Source of the DNA: the human T2T-CHM13v2.0 reference genome, Homo sapiens
Direction: 5' to 3' (one strand)
Assembly: GCF_009914755.1 (NCBI RefSeq)
Contig: NC_060940.1
Length of the DNA stretch: 64,000 nt
Of the stretch, positions 13,105 to 26,229 are shown piece after piece. The stretch's first letter is position 1; every line of letters starts with the position of its first letter. A program made the translations under genes and the position numbers. Under the pieces are notes generated by a model. The model did no database searches and had not been told where the DNA came from. It was given only the letters and a program-made list of their open reading frames with translations.

Positions 13105-13999
13105 TATATTAGTCAAAGATCTTCAGAAAAACAGAACCAATGTCCAGATCTACATCCATATATCCGGCTTCTGTTTTCTATATATACGGAGAGAGAGAGA
13201 AAGAGAGAGAGAGAGAGATAGAGAGAGAGAGAGATTTACTTTCAGAAATATCGTGAGGCTCACACCTCACAAGATTAGGGTTGGCAAGACTCAAATCATC
13301 TGTAGGGCAAGTTGGCAGGCTGCAGATTCAGGTAAAAGTTTTTGTTGCTATCTTGAGTCAGAAGGCTAGTATATTAGTCTGTTCTTACACTGCTATAAAG
13401 AACTTCCTGAGACTGGGTAATTTGCAAAGGAAAGAGGTTTAATTGACTCACAGTTCCGCATGCCTGGGGAGGCCTCAGGAAACTTACAATCATGGCAGAT
13501 GAGGAAGGGGAAGCAAGGACCTTCTTCACATGGCAGCAGGAGAGAGAAGTGCAAGCAGGGGAAATGCCAGATGCTTATAAAACCATTAGATCTCATGAGA
13601 ACTCATTCACTATCAGGGGAACATCATGGGAAAACCACCCCCATGATCCAATCACTTCCCACCAGGTCTCTCCCTCAACACCTGGGTATTACAATTCAAG
13701 ATGAGATTTGGGTGGGGACACAAAGCCTAACCATATCAGCTAGAAACTCAGGTGGGATTTCTATGTTGCAGCATTCCTTCTTTGGGGAAATTGCAGGCTT
13801 TGTTCTTCAGGCCTTCAACAAATTCCATGAGACCCACCCACATTCGAAAAGGTCGTCTGCTCTAGTTAAAGTCAACTGATTGTAAATGTTGATCATATCT
13901 TAAGAATAACTTTACAGCAACATCTAGACTAGTCTTTGACCATACAAAGACTAGGTTACCACAGTCTAGCCAAACTGACACATAAAATTAACCATCATA
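13105..13999 (-). mobile_element. MLT2 (D-type) ERVL LTR, interrupted by THE1
   Basis: Begins tatattagtc...agaaaaacagaaccaa with a (GA)n stretch; ends ctagccaaactgacacataaaattaaccatcata; TSD acagg/tcagg. Confidence 0.8.
13370..13738 (-). mobile_element. THE1 (C/D-type) MaLR solo LTR
   Basis: tatattagtctgttcttacactgctataaag...gtggggacacaaagcctaaccatatca; exact 5-bp TSD GCTAG (13365-13369, 13739-13743). Confidence 0.92.
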
Positions 14000-14053
14000 T
14001 CAGGATCAATCCTAAAAATGTGCACTGGGGAGAGGCTTATATATGAACAATGA

Positions 14054-14493
<440 letters not shown>

Positions 14494-14579
14494 AAGATTT
14501 CCACTTCTGATGTCTCCAAACTCCTAGCTCCAACTCCAGTTTGGGGCTCTTCTGATGAGTGATAACATTTGATAAAAGT

Positions 14580-14760
14580 AATAATAAAGATAGCAGATAG
14601 CATTTATTAAGGCCTATGCTTTACATACATGCCTCCATCTAACAGAACATCCCTGTGAAGTGGGAACTATTACTATTCCATTTCACAGGTATGAAAACTG
14701 AGACAGAGAGAGAGATGCAGTTAGAGCAGTAAGGACTGGAGCCTAAATTCCTCTCACCAT
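14580..14760 (-). mobile_element. MIR SINE
   Basis: ccctgtgaagtgggaactattactattccatttcacaggtatgaaaactgagacagag. Confidence 0.75.
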
Positions 14761-15086
14761 CTATTCTTTCCCTCATAAACTTCCTCTGTAGTTCACTGTG
14801 GAGGGAGCTGCCAATTCATTTTCTTCATCATGGAGCCAGAAACACCGATGATCTGGAACTGTGTAACCCAACAGATTCTTTCTGTCTGTCTAGGGTACAA
14901 TTGGCCCCAGGACCCTATGTAACCAGGGTTATTTTAGTTCTTCGCTGGGAAGAAAGCACCTGCCTCTTTGCATCTGCCAGAGCTGTCAGCTCTTCCTTTC
15001 TGTCATTTATGCAGCGTCTTACTCATTCAAAACATTTGTTCAGTATCCACTCATTCCAGTGTTAGGATGTAATCATGAATAACAAT

Positions 15087-15180
15087 GTTGATAATGGTGG
15101 TGGCGATGCTGCTGCCGCCGCCGCCGCCGCCGCCACTGGTAACGATGATGAGGCAAAGGTGGTGGCGATGGTGATGATGA
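15087..15180. repeat. Compound trinucleotide tract with (GCT)2(GCC)7
   Basis: (GCC)7 at 15114-15134 inside GGT/GAT triplets. Confidence 0.9.
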
Positions 15181-15652
15181 CAGTACAGCCTCCTGGATGG
15201 GGTCCGATCAGTGCAAGACTAACACCTCCCTTGCACTAGACATTATGCTTCTTCTACACATACATCCTGTGCTCATGGTCAGGGGAGCTGATTTCCTGCT
15301 CCTTGTTAATTTCATGCCCTGGCAACCTGTTAGCATACACAGCTGTAAACAGGCGCCATCACCCTCATTACACCCTGGGAACTTCCATGTCTGTGTCCCC
15401 CAGAGCACGGGAGGCCCTATACCACAGCAGGGTAGAAATCAGGGATTCGGTCTCACACTTCAAGGTCTTATCTGCTTGTTACAGGGGCATGAGTGACAAT
15501 GAGCAGTGGCTACATATATTCATCTCATAAAGGTAGGTTCTTACCCAGTCTCATCTGTGCTAGAGCCCCCTTAAAAGAGAAGCAGAAGTGGGGGCCGTTT
15601 CCTCTGGCCTTGCCACCTTATCAGCCTCTGCCAGACCAAAGGCTGGGGACTA

Positions 15653-16253
15653 TGGTAAGTCCTCACTTAGCATTTGTAGGTTCTTGGAAACTGCAACTTT
15701 AAGCAAAACCACATATAACAAAACCAATTTTATTATAGGTAGTTGGAGTAATCAAGAGTGAAGTTCCTGGCACATTTCTGGCCACAGAAATATCACCAGA
15801 CTTCTAAATAAAGACCAAAACATTCCAACATTATACGTTGAAATACATGTGAGCTACACATACACTTAAGAAAGGTTAATACAAACACATGAGATCATAA
15901 TTTATCCGCTTATTCTTATTTCAGTTCAGGGTAGAGGGTGGCCGGAGCCTATCCCAGCAGCTCAGGGTGCCAGGTAGGAACCCACCCTGGATAGGATGCC
16001 ATCTCATCCCAGGGTGACTGCTACACGCATCCACACTCACTCACACTGGGACCACACAGACGCACCAGTTCGTGGAACATGTGCAGCTTTGGGGTGTGGG
16101 AGGAAACCGGAGTACCTGGAGAAATCCCAGGCAGACGTGGGGAGAACGTGCAGACTCCACACAGACAGAGGCCCCAGCCAGGAATCCATTTTTTTTTCTC
16201 ATCAACGTTATAACAAAATGACATTGAATGGACCATTATTCGAGGGGCTGCTG
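15653..16253. mobile_element. MER6A (TcMar-Tigger) DNA transposon, about 600 bp
   Basis: ta|tggtaagtcctcacttag ... ttattcgaggggctgctg termini; internal gggaggaaaccggagtacctggagaaa...ggggagaacgtgcagactccacacagac. Confidence 0.85.
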
Positions 16254-17509
16254 AACGGTGAACATGTGCGGCTCTTTAATGAAGGGCCGGCTACGTCTCA
16301 GAAAGGTCAAAAAAAGGAGAAATGAGGGTTGTGTAGGATCCCTCGCCTGGTCATTCCCTTGTTCCAGGAAGGCCTCTGAAGACTCAGATATTAGCAGGGA
16401 TGGCCCCTGCTTTTCCTTCCACCCCATAAAACTGTGGATGATCTTTCTCTGCCTGATTCTCTCTCTCTCTCTCTCTTTTATACCTTTTCACATCTCTCCG
16501 TACAAGGCATTTTCAAGCTCTTCAAAATGATGACTACAACAGGTCCTCAAGAAACTCTGATTCCTACAGGCCAAGAGAAAGGGGTTCCACCCACAACTGT
16601 TTTCCTGTGTCTCTCATAGAGCCTCCAGCTTTGGCCAGACCCTCAGCTCTCCCAGCTCAGCCATTGCAAGCCCCCAAATGGGCCTTGGGATGGGCTCAAG
16701 TCCCATGAGTGAGGGTGAAGGTGGACACTCCATTCCGCTTCCTTCTCCCCATTCAAGAGACACACGCCAAAGTTCTTACTAGGTCACCTCCCAAGCCAGC
16801 AGAGCCCACTGCAGTGAGCATCTGGCTTCTTTGGAGACAGCTCAGTGACCCCCATGTAGAGGAGGGACTATTTCTCCTATTTGTGTGGCTTTGCGGCTGC
16901 CCACTGGGAAACGACTGCCACCTCCATTCTCCACTCTTATCGTGCTAAGAAGCGTTTCTGCTCTTTCTTCTCCTGCCTGAGGCTGGAGTCTACGACCCCT
17001 CCTGATAGGGACAGACACCAGTTCATTCTGCCAGGTATGTTTTCTTGCTTTATTCTCCCTTCTATCCCGTGAGACCAATTTTGTGCATTTGAAGAATCCA
17101 GGGCTCAGAGAAGTGAAGTAACTTTTCCAAGATCACCCAGCAAGTAAGCTGGGAGCAAGATTTCCAACCAAATATGCGGATGCTGCATAAGGTAGAGCAG
17201 TAGCAATTGTTCCAATAGATAAACCTCAGAATCTCATTGGTTTGACAAAGAAAAAAGTGACCAGTATGTCATGGTCCAGGGACTCAGGCACCTTCTCTCT
17301 TGTGGCTCTGTCCTTGGCAACGCTTGATTCCTGATGTCACTCTAGGGTCATTTCCGGTCCAGCCAGCCTGAAGTGGGAAGAGCATACAGGATCACACAGG
17401 GAAGGAGTTTCGGGGAGGTTTATATGCACCCCTGGCCCTTTCCCTCTAAGGCCAGACCTCTCTTCCTTCCCGAGCAGCCTTAGAACCTTTCAGTAGGCTC
17501 CAGGAAGCC

Positions 17510-18110
17510 TCTACAGACGAACTGAAGCTGACAGCTAAGATGCAACTTTATTGCCTTCTTGATTTGAGTGGTCTCAGTCAACACACATTTCCTGGCTAGT
17601 TTGTTTTACCACAGGGAGGGGGAGGAGCGGGGGGGCGGTGGATAGAGGACACCTTAACTGTCAGGAAACATTACGAAAGGCTTTGAAATGGGCAGAAAAA
17701 AAAGTTGCTGGGTGTCCTGTTTAGATCACCTTTCTGGATTATCTCCACATTTCCTAGTCTTTGAGCTATTTTATAACTCTGAAAATTGTAGGAAAGCAAA
17801 ATGCAAACAATTCTCGTCCATGGGAATGCAAAGACATTTTGTTAGGTCAGAATGCAACTGATTGATGCCCTGTGAATAGGTTATTTTTGCATCTATTTGT
17901 AACTTCATTTCAGTTTTCTCATTTGCCTGTGTGTGTGTGTTCTTTGAATTCTTTGAATTCTCCTTTGAAGAGATAGTAACATCTTATAGTTGCCTCATTA
18001 ATTAATGAGTTAAATAAAATCTTTGACACCTGTTCATTTTATATTTGTGTGCGAGTCATGATTTTACTCTTTATATGCATCTTAAAAATCCTTTAACAAC
18101 TAATAATTCC
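17510..18110. promoter_or_regulatory. Candidate enhancer with TCF/LEF and homeodomain motifs
   Basis: Three CTTTGAA at 17942-17969, perfect palindrome CTCATTAATTAATGAG at 17994-18009, GC box near 17630. Confidence 0.35.
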
Positions 18111-18204
18111 TAGAGGGAGGAGGAAAACCTATAAAACATCATACTTCCCCGCTTCTCAGGAGCCTCACACCCATCCTGGAAGACAGGCAGGACAAGGACT
18201 GCTA

Positions 18205-18500
18205 GTTCCATTTTGCAGTTAAGGAAGCTGAGACCCAGAGAGGGGACTGCCAGATACCAAAGACAACACTGTGAGAAATGGTGGAACTGAGAATTCAGAC
18301 CTGGGTGTGTTTGATTCTAAAACCTGTATTCTTAACCACGGTGTCTCATTTCCCAACCAATTCTTCCTTGAGGAAATGGCATATTAGCACAACAGATATC
18401 CATACTTTTCCCATTTGGAAAATGATGAAACTGAGGCTCAGATAAGTTAAATGACTTAGAGATAAATCTGGGTCCAGAATCTGGTCCTTGAACCACTGTT
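18205..18500 (-). mobile_element. Two MIR fragments
   Basis: ccattttgcagttaaggaagctgagacccagagagg; gatgaaactgaggctcagataagttaaatgactt. Confidence 0.7.
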
Positions 18501-18535
18501 TCCTGGTGTATCCTTAGGTAATACAAGTGAGTATC

Positions 18536-18834
18536 TTTTTTTTTTTTTTTTTTTGAGATGGAGTCTCCCTCTGTCACCCAGGCTGGAACGCACTGGCACA
18601 GTCTCAGCTTAATGCAACCCCTGCCTCCCAGGTTCAAGTGATTCTCCTGCCTCGGCCTCCCGAGTAGCTGGGATTACAGGGGCATCACCATACCCTACTA
18701 ATTTTTGGATTTTCAGTAGAGATGGGGTGTCTCCATGTTGGTCAGGCTGGTCTCATACTCCTGACCTCAAGTGACCCGGCTGCCTTGGCCTCCCAAAGTG
18801 CTGGGATTACAGGCGTGACCCACCACGCCCAGCC
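18536..18834 (-). mobile_element. AluS element
   Basis: Full-length; TSD CAAGTGAGTAT on both sides. Confidence 0.95.
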
Positions 18835-18895
18835 TCAAGTGAGTATAATTTTCTAGCTAGTATGTTTCTTGAACATCTGGTCTAGCTTTTGTTTT

Positions 18896-18896
<1 letters not shown>

Positions 18897-18936
<40 letters not shown>
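18897..18936. repeat. (GT)20 microsatellite
   Basis: Perfect repeat. Confidence 0.95.
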
Positions 18937-18939
<3 letters not shown>

Positions 18940-19219
18940 GATTGCTGGGCAGTTTTGGTTCCTAAAATGCTCTCTGAGCCTTTATTCATAGACACATAAG
19001 TGAGGTGGAACCCAAGTCAAAGCAGGCAGTATCTGCCTTGTTCGTTTCAGGCTGGGCCCTGGAGATGGACAGGGGCTGTAGAGCTGGCACAGCTGCTCTT
19101 CTGTGGTCATGGGAAGGTCATGGCCTGTAGAGGTTTCCTGCTCACAGGGCTCTGCCCAGGACTTGCTAAGGCCAAGCAGGGTCAGGCCGGGGAGGTGGAG
19201 GCGTCTGGAACTGCAGAAG

Positions 19220-19370
19220 ACTCATGGGCTTTGGGGTCAGGCCAGCCTGGGTTCAAATCCTGCCTTGGCCGCTTATGAAATGTATGTTGGACCACGTTAC
19301 TACATCTTTCTGGGTCTCTGTTTCTTCATCTGTAAGGGGGAGATCATCACCCTAACCTCACAGGGGGCCA
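19220..19370 (+). mobile_element. MIR SINE
   Basis: cagcctgggttcaaatcctgcc...ctgtttcttcatctgtaagggg. Confidence 0.75.
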
Positions 19371-20339
19371 CAGTCCAGCCTCCCTCCCTTTCCACCAGGC
19401 CCCATGCCTGTGGCTGCTTCTGCCCACAAGAGGTGTGTTTGCCAGCCACACTCATCATATGGGCCTGCAGCCTCCTAGGCAGTCACCAGTGGTTGGTGTG
19501 GAAAGTGTGCAGAGGTCTCAGAACCATCTTACCATCTGTGCCTCTTTCCTCTCTCTGATAAGAAAGCTCACTCACTTCTGCAAGATGGCTGAGACTTGCC
19601 ATAGCCCACACATCAAGTGGCATTGGTATTTGCTCACAGAGTGATTCAGACTCAGACAGAGGAACAGAGAACGGCAGAGCCAGGCCTAAAACCCAGGCCC
19701 TCTCCCTCCCAAGTTGGGACTCCCGAGCCTGGGCTGGGATCCCTGATAAGGTCGGTCAGGTTGTGGCTCAACCATCTTATTTATTTCTATGTCGCAGAGA
19801 AAATCTACCCCTAGAAAAGTCCAGGACCTGCCCCACTATTCAAGCTGGCTATTCTGGGCGGTTGCGTCACCTCTAGACCCTTGTTTTTGACTCCTGCAGG
19901 CCCAGGTCCTGCGGGAATCCTCTGTAAACTTTACCTCTCGTCAATGGTCTCCGTTCAGGAAAATTGGCTCCTTTGACACCGTTTTAGACAAACCATAATG
20001 TGTGTGGAGCTGAAAGAGGTTCTATTTACAAGTCTGCAGGAAATAGCCCTGGGCAGAGGATGGTAATTGTAGGGTGAAGGTCACCGGGGGCTCGGAGGGG
20101 AGAGAGGACCGCTCCAGGGCAATAGCAGCCCAGCCCGAGGAGGCCTAGGAAGCCCCTTCCCTAGAGCCGGGGGCAGGTGTGGTGAGCTCCAGTTAGCGGG
20201 TAGGCATTGTGGAGTCAAGGGCATCAGCGGTGCTGTAATGGGCAAGAGAGGTTTCAAGGTCTGCCTCTGCCTGCGGGACCTGCAGAAACAGGAGAAGATT
20301 TGGAAAAGGTGGGGAGGTCTTTCCTGTTGCCTGCTTCAC

Positions 20340-20770
20340 ACTCTCTCCCCAAATGCTCTTCCCCAAGTATTTAAATGGTTCACACTCTCTCTTCATTTGG
20401 CCTAGTTGTAAAGTGACTTGGTCAAATCTCCTGGCCCCTTAAGATTACAGCTGGACTTTGAACCTAGGTTCAAATATGACCTTTCTGATGGCCATTCTCA
20501 GCCCCGCCCTCCACCCCCCAGCCCGCCATCCCGGCCACTATTCCCCTAATCTACCTTATTCTTCTTCATGACATCCATCATCTTTTAACATATTGATTAA
20601 TTTATTGGTGTACTGTCTGTCACTTCCTTCTACAACGTAAGATCCACGAGGGCATGGGGCTTTGGTTTGTACATCATTGTAATCCTAGTGCCTAGAACAA
20701 TGCCTTTATAAATGGTGCTCACCAAGAGATGGGGAATGAATGAACCAAACAGCAAATGAATGAATGAATG
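20340..20770 (+). mobile_element. L2a 3' fragment carrying a 60-bp foreign insert
   Basis: aatgctcttcccc...gtaagatccacgagggca...cctagtgcctagaacaatgcc...gaatgaatgaa. Confidence 0.8.
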
Positions 20771-22219
20771 GAGGGAATTACTTAGCCTTAATATCAAGGG
20801 CCCTTCAGGTTCCCTCCCACAAGGTGTACCATCTCCCAGGGTAGAGGCGAGTCCGTCATGCAGTAAACCTTGACCTCCAGGTCATGTGACCCACGGATCC
20901 TGTTCATTCAGAGCTCACACTGGTAGAAGTCAGGGAGTCACCCAGACAGCTGTCCGCAGGGCGGTCAGGGCAGAAGTTCTGAGGCCCAGGGAGTGGGTGA
21001 TGTGTCAGAGATCACCCAAGATCAAGGTGTGACTGAGATGAGGTTCCTAGCAGCCCTCTTGCTCTTGGTCCCCTGAGCCAAGCTCCCGCATGGATTCTCA
21101 CTTAGCAGATAAAAAAATAGAGCAGGGAGCACACAGCCCACTGGCGTCCTCGCTTCAGAGTCCTGACGGGAGGTGGCCTTGGGCTGTGGGATTTAGATGT
21201 GCGGAGAAGGGCCCTTGGGGTCCCCTTGCTGCAAGGGGCCTAGAGAAGTGACATCATCACACTGATTTCTTCCAAGCTGTATCCTCAGCAGGACATCACT
21301 CTGACCAGGTTGGTCTTCGCTCCACTTATGGCTGTGTGACCAGTGCTGGTCACTTAGCCCCTGGGGCCTCCCAACTAATGGTGGTCATGACTCAAATTAG
21401 CCAGAAGAAAAGGGCTCCTGGGTGCGTTTGAACCCTCAGCAGCCAGTCCCCAGGAGAGACCAAGGAACAGGCTCTGCTTACCCACGGAGGAGGCCAGGCC
21501 CGTGAGAGGGTAGAGGCCAGTTACCTCAGTCTGGCCTCAGTATTTTTAGCATCTTCCCCCCTTCCCTCCCTCCCACAAGCCACTAGCCCACTCCTTGCCC
21601 AAATAACAGTCACCAAAATAGCCCTGGCAGTTGACTGAGGGGGTACTGGGAGGGCCCCTTCCCTCCTGCCAGTCAGGCAGGCGTGAGCAGAGGCCCTGGG
21701 GCTGGGTGAGACCCAGGCGGAGGCTGTTAATTGTACCTTTGGCCCGAATTAAAAAAAAAATAGCACTCCTTGAGGCTGATGGCAGTGCTGGTTCTGAGGA
21801 GCCAGGTTCCTGCGCTTGCGAGGGATGCCTTGGAGTTTGGACTCCCCCAGAAGGCAGCGGCCAAGTGGACAGACTGATCAGAGAGTGTTACAGGGGTCCT
21901 ACAGACTGGGAGCCTGAGGGTCAGAGCCTATGCTCACCAACACCTCTTCAGGGAGACCGTCACTGACCACTCTGGCTAAAACAGTGTCCGGCAACTGGCC
22001 TGTCACCTGCTTCTTTTTCCTCCATAGCACTGGTCACTGCTCGATGTGACATTACTTGTCTGTTTGCACATTTATTTCTTGTCTCTCCTGCCAGGCAGGG
22101 AGCTGGTCTATTTGATCCCAGCCTGGTCCTCAGCACCTAGACTAATGCCTGGAGCTCAGGAAATTCAACATAATTCAGTGAGGAAGAAAACCACAGTGCC
22201 CAGTAGATCTGGCCAGTCC

Positions 22220-22394
22220 TGAACCTAGATTCAAATATGACCTTTCTGATCACCATTCTCAGCCTCCCCTTTGCCCCCTCTGCCGCCCAGTCCACTATTC
22301 CCCTAACCCGCCTTATTCTTCTTCATGGTATCTATCACCTTTGAACACATTAATTTATTGCGGTACTGTCTGTCTCTTCTTTCCACAATATAAG
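22220..22394 (+). repeat. Local duplicate of 20459-20641
   Basis: Shared gaacctag.ttcaaatatgacctttctgat..ccattctcagcc and ccactattcccctaa...ccttattcttcttcatg; roughly 80% identity by eye. Confidence 0.9.
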
Positions 22395-23905
22395 GAAGGA
22401 ATGTCTCCTCGGCTTCCGCCATGCAGTGGAAAGCCAGAAGCAGAGAAGGAGAAGAAAGAAACAAGGTCCCCGACAGCGCCAGACTCCCCAAACCAGCCCC
22501 CAAACACCAGGAAGAACAGCCTTTCCCATGTGCCCCTCTATCTACCGACTTTAGAGACTACCCTGTGTCCTCATGACAGCCTGGGACAGCAGGGATAGTC
22601 CCTGTTTAATAACAATGAACAAAGCACTTTCTAATGGCTTGATTTATGTAACTAACAGGTAATTCTGGTTACTATTGCCATCTTATTGATGATGAAACTG
22701 ACACTCTGAGAAATAAGGTGACTTGGTCTAATACCCTGACCCCTAAAGATGAGAGCTTGGATTTGAACCTAGGCAGCCTGGCCCCAGAGGCCCTGCTCAA
22801 AGTCTGCATGAACAGCCTGTTGTCTAAGGAGAATGCTGAAGTTTAGTTGTATGGACCTTCCCTTAGCCAGATGAGAATTTCCTCCTCCCACTTCTGTTCA
22901 CGTCACCAGCAGCAGTGCCCCCACATCTCTGGAAGGGTTGCTACGTATGTGCATTAGTGCATTACCCTGTCACCTCCTTTGCTTTTCCTGGTCGTACTGT
23001 GATCATCCCATCTCATCCTTATTTTTCAGAGCTAGCAACAGAGGTGCAGAGAGGCTAAGTGACTCCCCTAAGGTCATTCGGAGTAGAATCTCCTGATTTC
23101 CTCGGCTTTCACAGTGCACCCACCCCTCTTGGCCTCTCTCTCTCCCACTCCCTGCCTCTCCACTGCTGTGACACAGGCCCAGCCTGCTGGAGCCCTGGGC
23201 CCTGCCTGGGGCTGGCAGGCTGTAGCCAGGAGCCCTCCTCACCCAGCACTGGGTGGCTGTTAAATGCCTTCTTGACTTTTTATGAGTTTTGTCACCCCAC
23301 CACGTGCCAAGTTGCCTTTAAGGCAGTGCTATTAAGGCGAATCATCGAGATTAATAAATACATATATAAGGGGTTGGGCAGTGGAGAGTGTTCTTCAAGA
23401 GCCCAGGCTGCAGACAGAGGACACTGTGCCTGTGAGAACTGCAACCTCAGCTCGCGGCCTGTACGGCCCACCCTGGCCTGCTGGGCTTCTCCGAGAGTCA
23501 AGGGACCTGGATTCTAGAATCCCTTCCACACCTTTGATCCTTGGCCTCCTGATCTTGCCAATGGGAACATGCATCTGTACTTCCGTGATCTTCTGCACGG
23601 GTCTGGCTAGGGTCACAAGTTCTGGGACACAGGGTTTTAAGGCTGTGTCTGCAGGAGATGCTACTTTCACCAGGGGTTTCAGACGCTCGTATCTGGGGAA
23701 TCCACAGACTCCTCGGGGTCCTCACTCACCCCACTCCCACTCTGCGTCAGCAGAACAGTTTCCCTTTGATGAGTTTCACACACACGGTCTCCCCAAGATT
23801 GTGTTTGAAGACAGAATCTCAGTAAATAAAAAACAAACTTGTGGGGAAAAAAACTGTTTATATTTTATTTTTAAATAGAGCAACACAGCAGCATACTACT
23901 AGAAT

Positions 23906-24223
23906 AGGGATTGGCAAACCTCTTCTGCAAAAGGTCAGACAGTGGATATTTTGGGCTTTGCATGCTAGACGGTCTCTGGTAACTACTCAACCTGCTGTTG
24001 TGGCACAAAGGCAACCTTAGACAATATATGAGTGGCTGTGTTCCAACCAAACACTTTTTATGGACACTTAAATTTCATGTGGTTTTCACGTGCCAGAAGT
24101 ATTACTCTTCTTTTAATTTTTTCCCCAATCATTTAGGAATTTGAAATCCATTCTCAGCCCACTGGCTATAAATAAACAGACAGCAGGCAGGACTGGCCGT
24201 GGGCCCCAGTTTTCTGACCCCCG
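23906..24223 (+). mobile_element. MER58B (hAT-Charlie)
   Basis: tagggattggcaaac...aaaggtcagacagtggatattttgggctttgc ... cagttttctgacccccg. Confidence 0.85.
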
Positions 24224-24679
24224 TCGTAGTCGGAAAACCTGGATTTGAGTCCTTCTTGGTGGTCAGTTCACGGAGTGACTTTGAGCTTAGCTTCTTTAGC
24301 CTCTCTGGGACTCAGTTTCCCTGTCTGAGAAAAAATAGGGCCGAGGCCAAATGATCTCTGAAATCTTATTGCACTTTAAAACCTGATGGTGGAAATTTCA
24401 GAATTTTGCAAAGTGGGTGGAAGGAGACACTTTTGCCGGGAATGAAGGAGGAAGCCTTCCGTTGCCCTAAAATCCCTTACCTGGGAAGAGAAAGGGGTGC
24501 TTTCTTGGCTATGCCTGGTTTTACTGTCCCCTGTGAGAGGTTAAGTAGATCTTGCGGTCTTCAAGAGGCCTGATGACCCACAGACAAAAGGTTTTTGGCT
24601 GAAACATTGGAAGCAGTCTCCCACCCCTTCCCAACTCCCAGCTGAGGCCCCTCACCATTCATTCCGCACCCCCTCCTGC

Positions 24680-25460
24680 TGCCTTGCTTAACAAAGACAA
24701 AGACAGCAGTTCACACTGTAATGTTCAAAATTGCTTGTTTCAGAACATCCCAGTAAACAAGCCCGTCTTTGTTTTAATCCCAGCCTAGCTTACTGTAGTT
24801 AATTATAGGAATTTGTGGCTATTTATGTGAACCGAAGACAGGCGAAAACATTCATTTGTAGGCCGTGTAAGTGGCGGGTGGGAATGGGCTCCCAGTACCG
24901 AGAGGACCTAGGTAGCATTTGTCCTAGGAGCCGTGCAAGGTAGTGAGAAGCCCAGGTGTGTAATTATTCCCTCTGCTCCCAAAAAGAGAGAAGGCTGCCA
25001 TAGAAGGTGACACCTAATGACTGTTTTCAGCCCAACATGGGTAACGGGAAAAGCCCCATGTTTAAGGCAGTTGCCTGAGCTGCGGGTCTTGCACCTGCCA
25101 GGTGAGCTGGGTTATTTATTTCTGGGCCTGTCCGCCGCCTGCCCCATGTTTCTGTCCCCAGTGGGTCTGGGGAGAAGGGAGCAGGGCCAAAGGTTCCCAG
25201 GGGCTTGCAGAGAGGGAAGGGGGGGCCGCCGTGGCTGGTGGGCATGGGTACCGCCTTTTCTTCCTCTTCTCCAGCCCGGGAGGAGCCACGGTTAGTGAGG
25301 AATGTTAACAAAGAGGAGACAGCACTGGCTAAACAGAGGCCCCACGACAATTCCTGGCCCAAACAAAGCTACCCCGGCCCCCACCCGCACGAGAAAACAA
25401 GCCAGGCCTTTGTGTACACTCAATAATTATTGCTTGCAATTACCCGAGTCAGGGCGGCCC
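24680..25460. promoter_or_regulatory. Candidate enhancer with SOX/FOX motif clusters
   Basis: AACAAAGACAAAG, GTAAACA, CTTTGTT near 24690-24780; TTAACAAAG, TAAACA, AACAAAG, CTTTGT near 25300-25420. Confidence 0.3.
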
Positions 25461-26229
25461 GGCTGGGCTGGGGTGGCAGGAGTGGAGAGAGGCGCTGCTG
25501 AAAACTCCGCATCTTAAGGGGCACAGTACTTGCTGCTGGGGCCAATTCTCCAGGATGTTGCTAAACTGCCAGCCACTGGCCAGAAGAACCCCAAAAGGCC
25601 TGGGCATCCTATGCTGGACTCCGCATGGCCTGGACTTCTTTTCTGAGCTATGCTGCTGGGAGCCCCATTGAGGCTCGGCCCACATCTCAGCCCAAAACCC
25701 TCCAGCCCCGTGCATTAGTAAGGCCACGGCCATGGTGGTTGTGCGCAGCTCTCTGTGCAGAACTCTCATCCCCTAACCCCTGTTGACCATCTCTGAGCCT
25801 TCATGTGTCCCTCTCTCTGCTTCCTGGCCCCCAACCTTTTGCCCACTTCTTTTCCCCTTCTATCACCCCCTCCAAATCCGCCTACATTTGCATCTGAGAA
25901 GCCAAAGAAGTCTCTCAGTCCTGCTTAGCCTGTGCTAGTGTTCAACATCCCTTCCTAGCTCTCTGCCTGTGCTCTCTAATTCTTCCTCCTTTATGACCCT
26001 TTATTCAAGCCTGTGCAGCCCCATCATCCAAGCCCCAGAGCCAGACCCTACCTCCTCCAGGAAGCCTCCCAGGACTGCTCTACTCAATGCTTACCTCTCC
26101 TTGCCGGACCTTTCACAAGTGAGTGATTCACTGTCTTGTAAGTGAGAACGTATGTATGTACCTATGTGTACATGAGTGTGGCTCTACCAACTCAGCTATG
26201 AGCTTAATTATAACAATCATTATAGAAAT

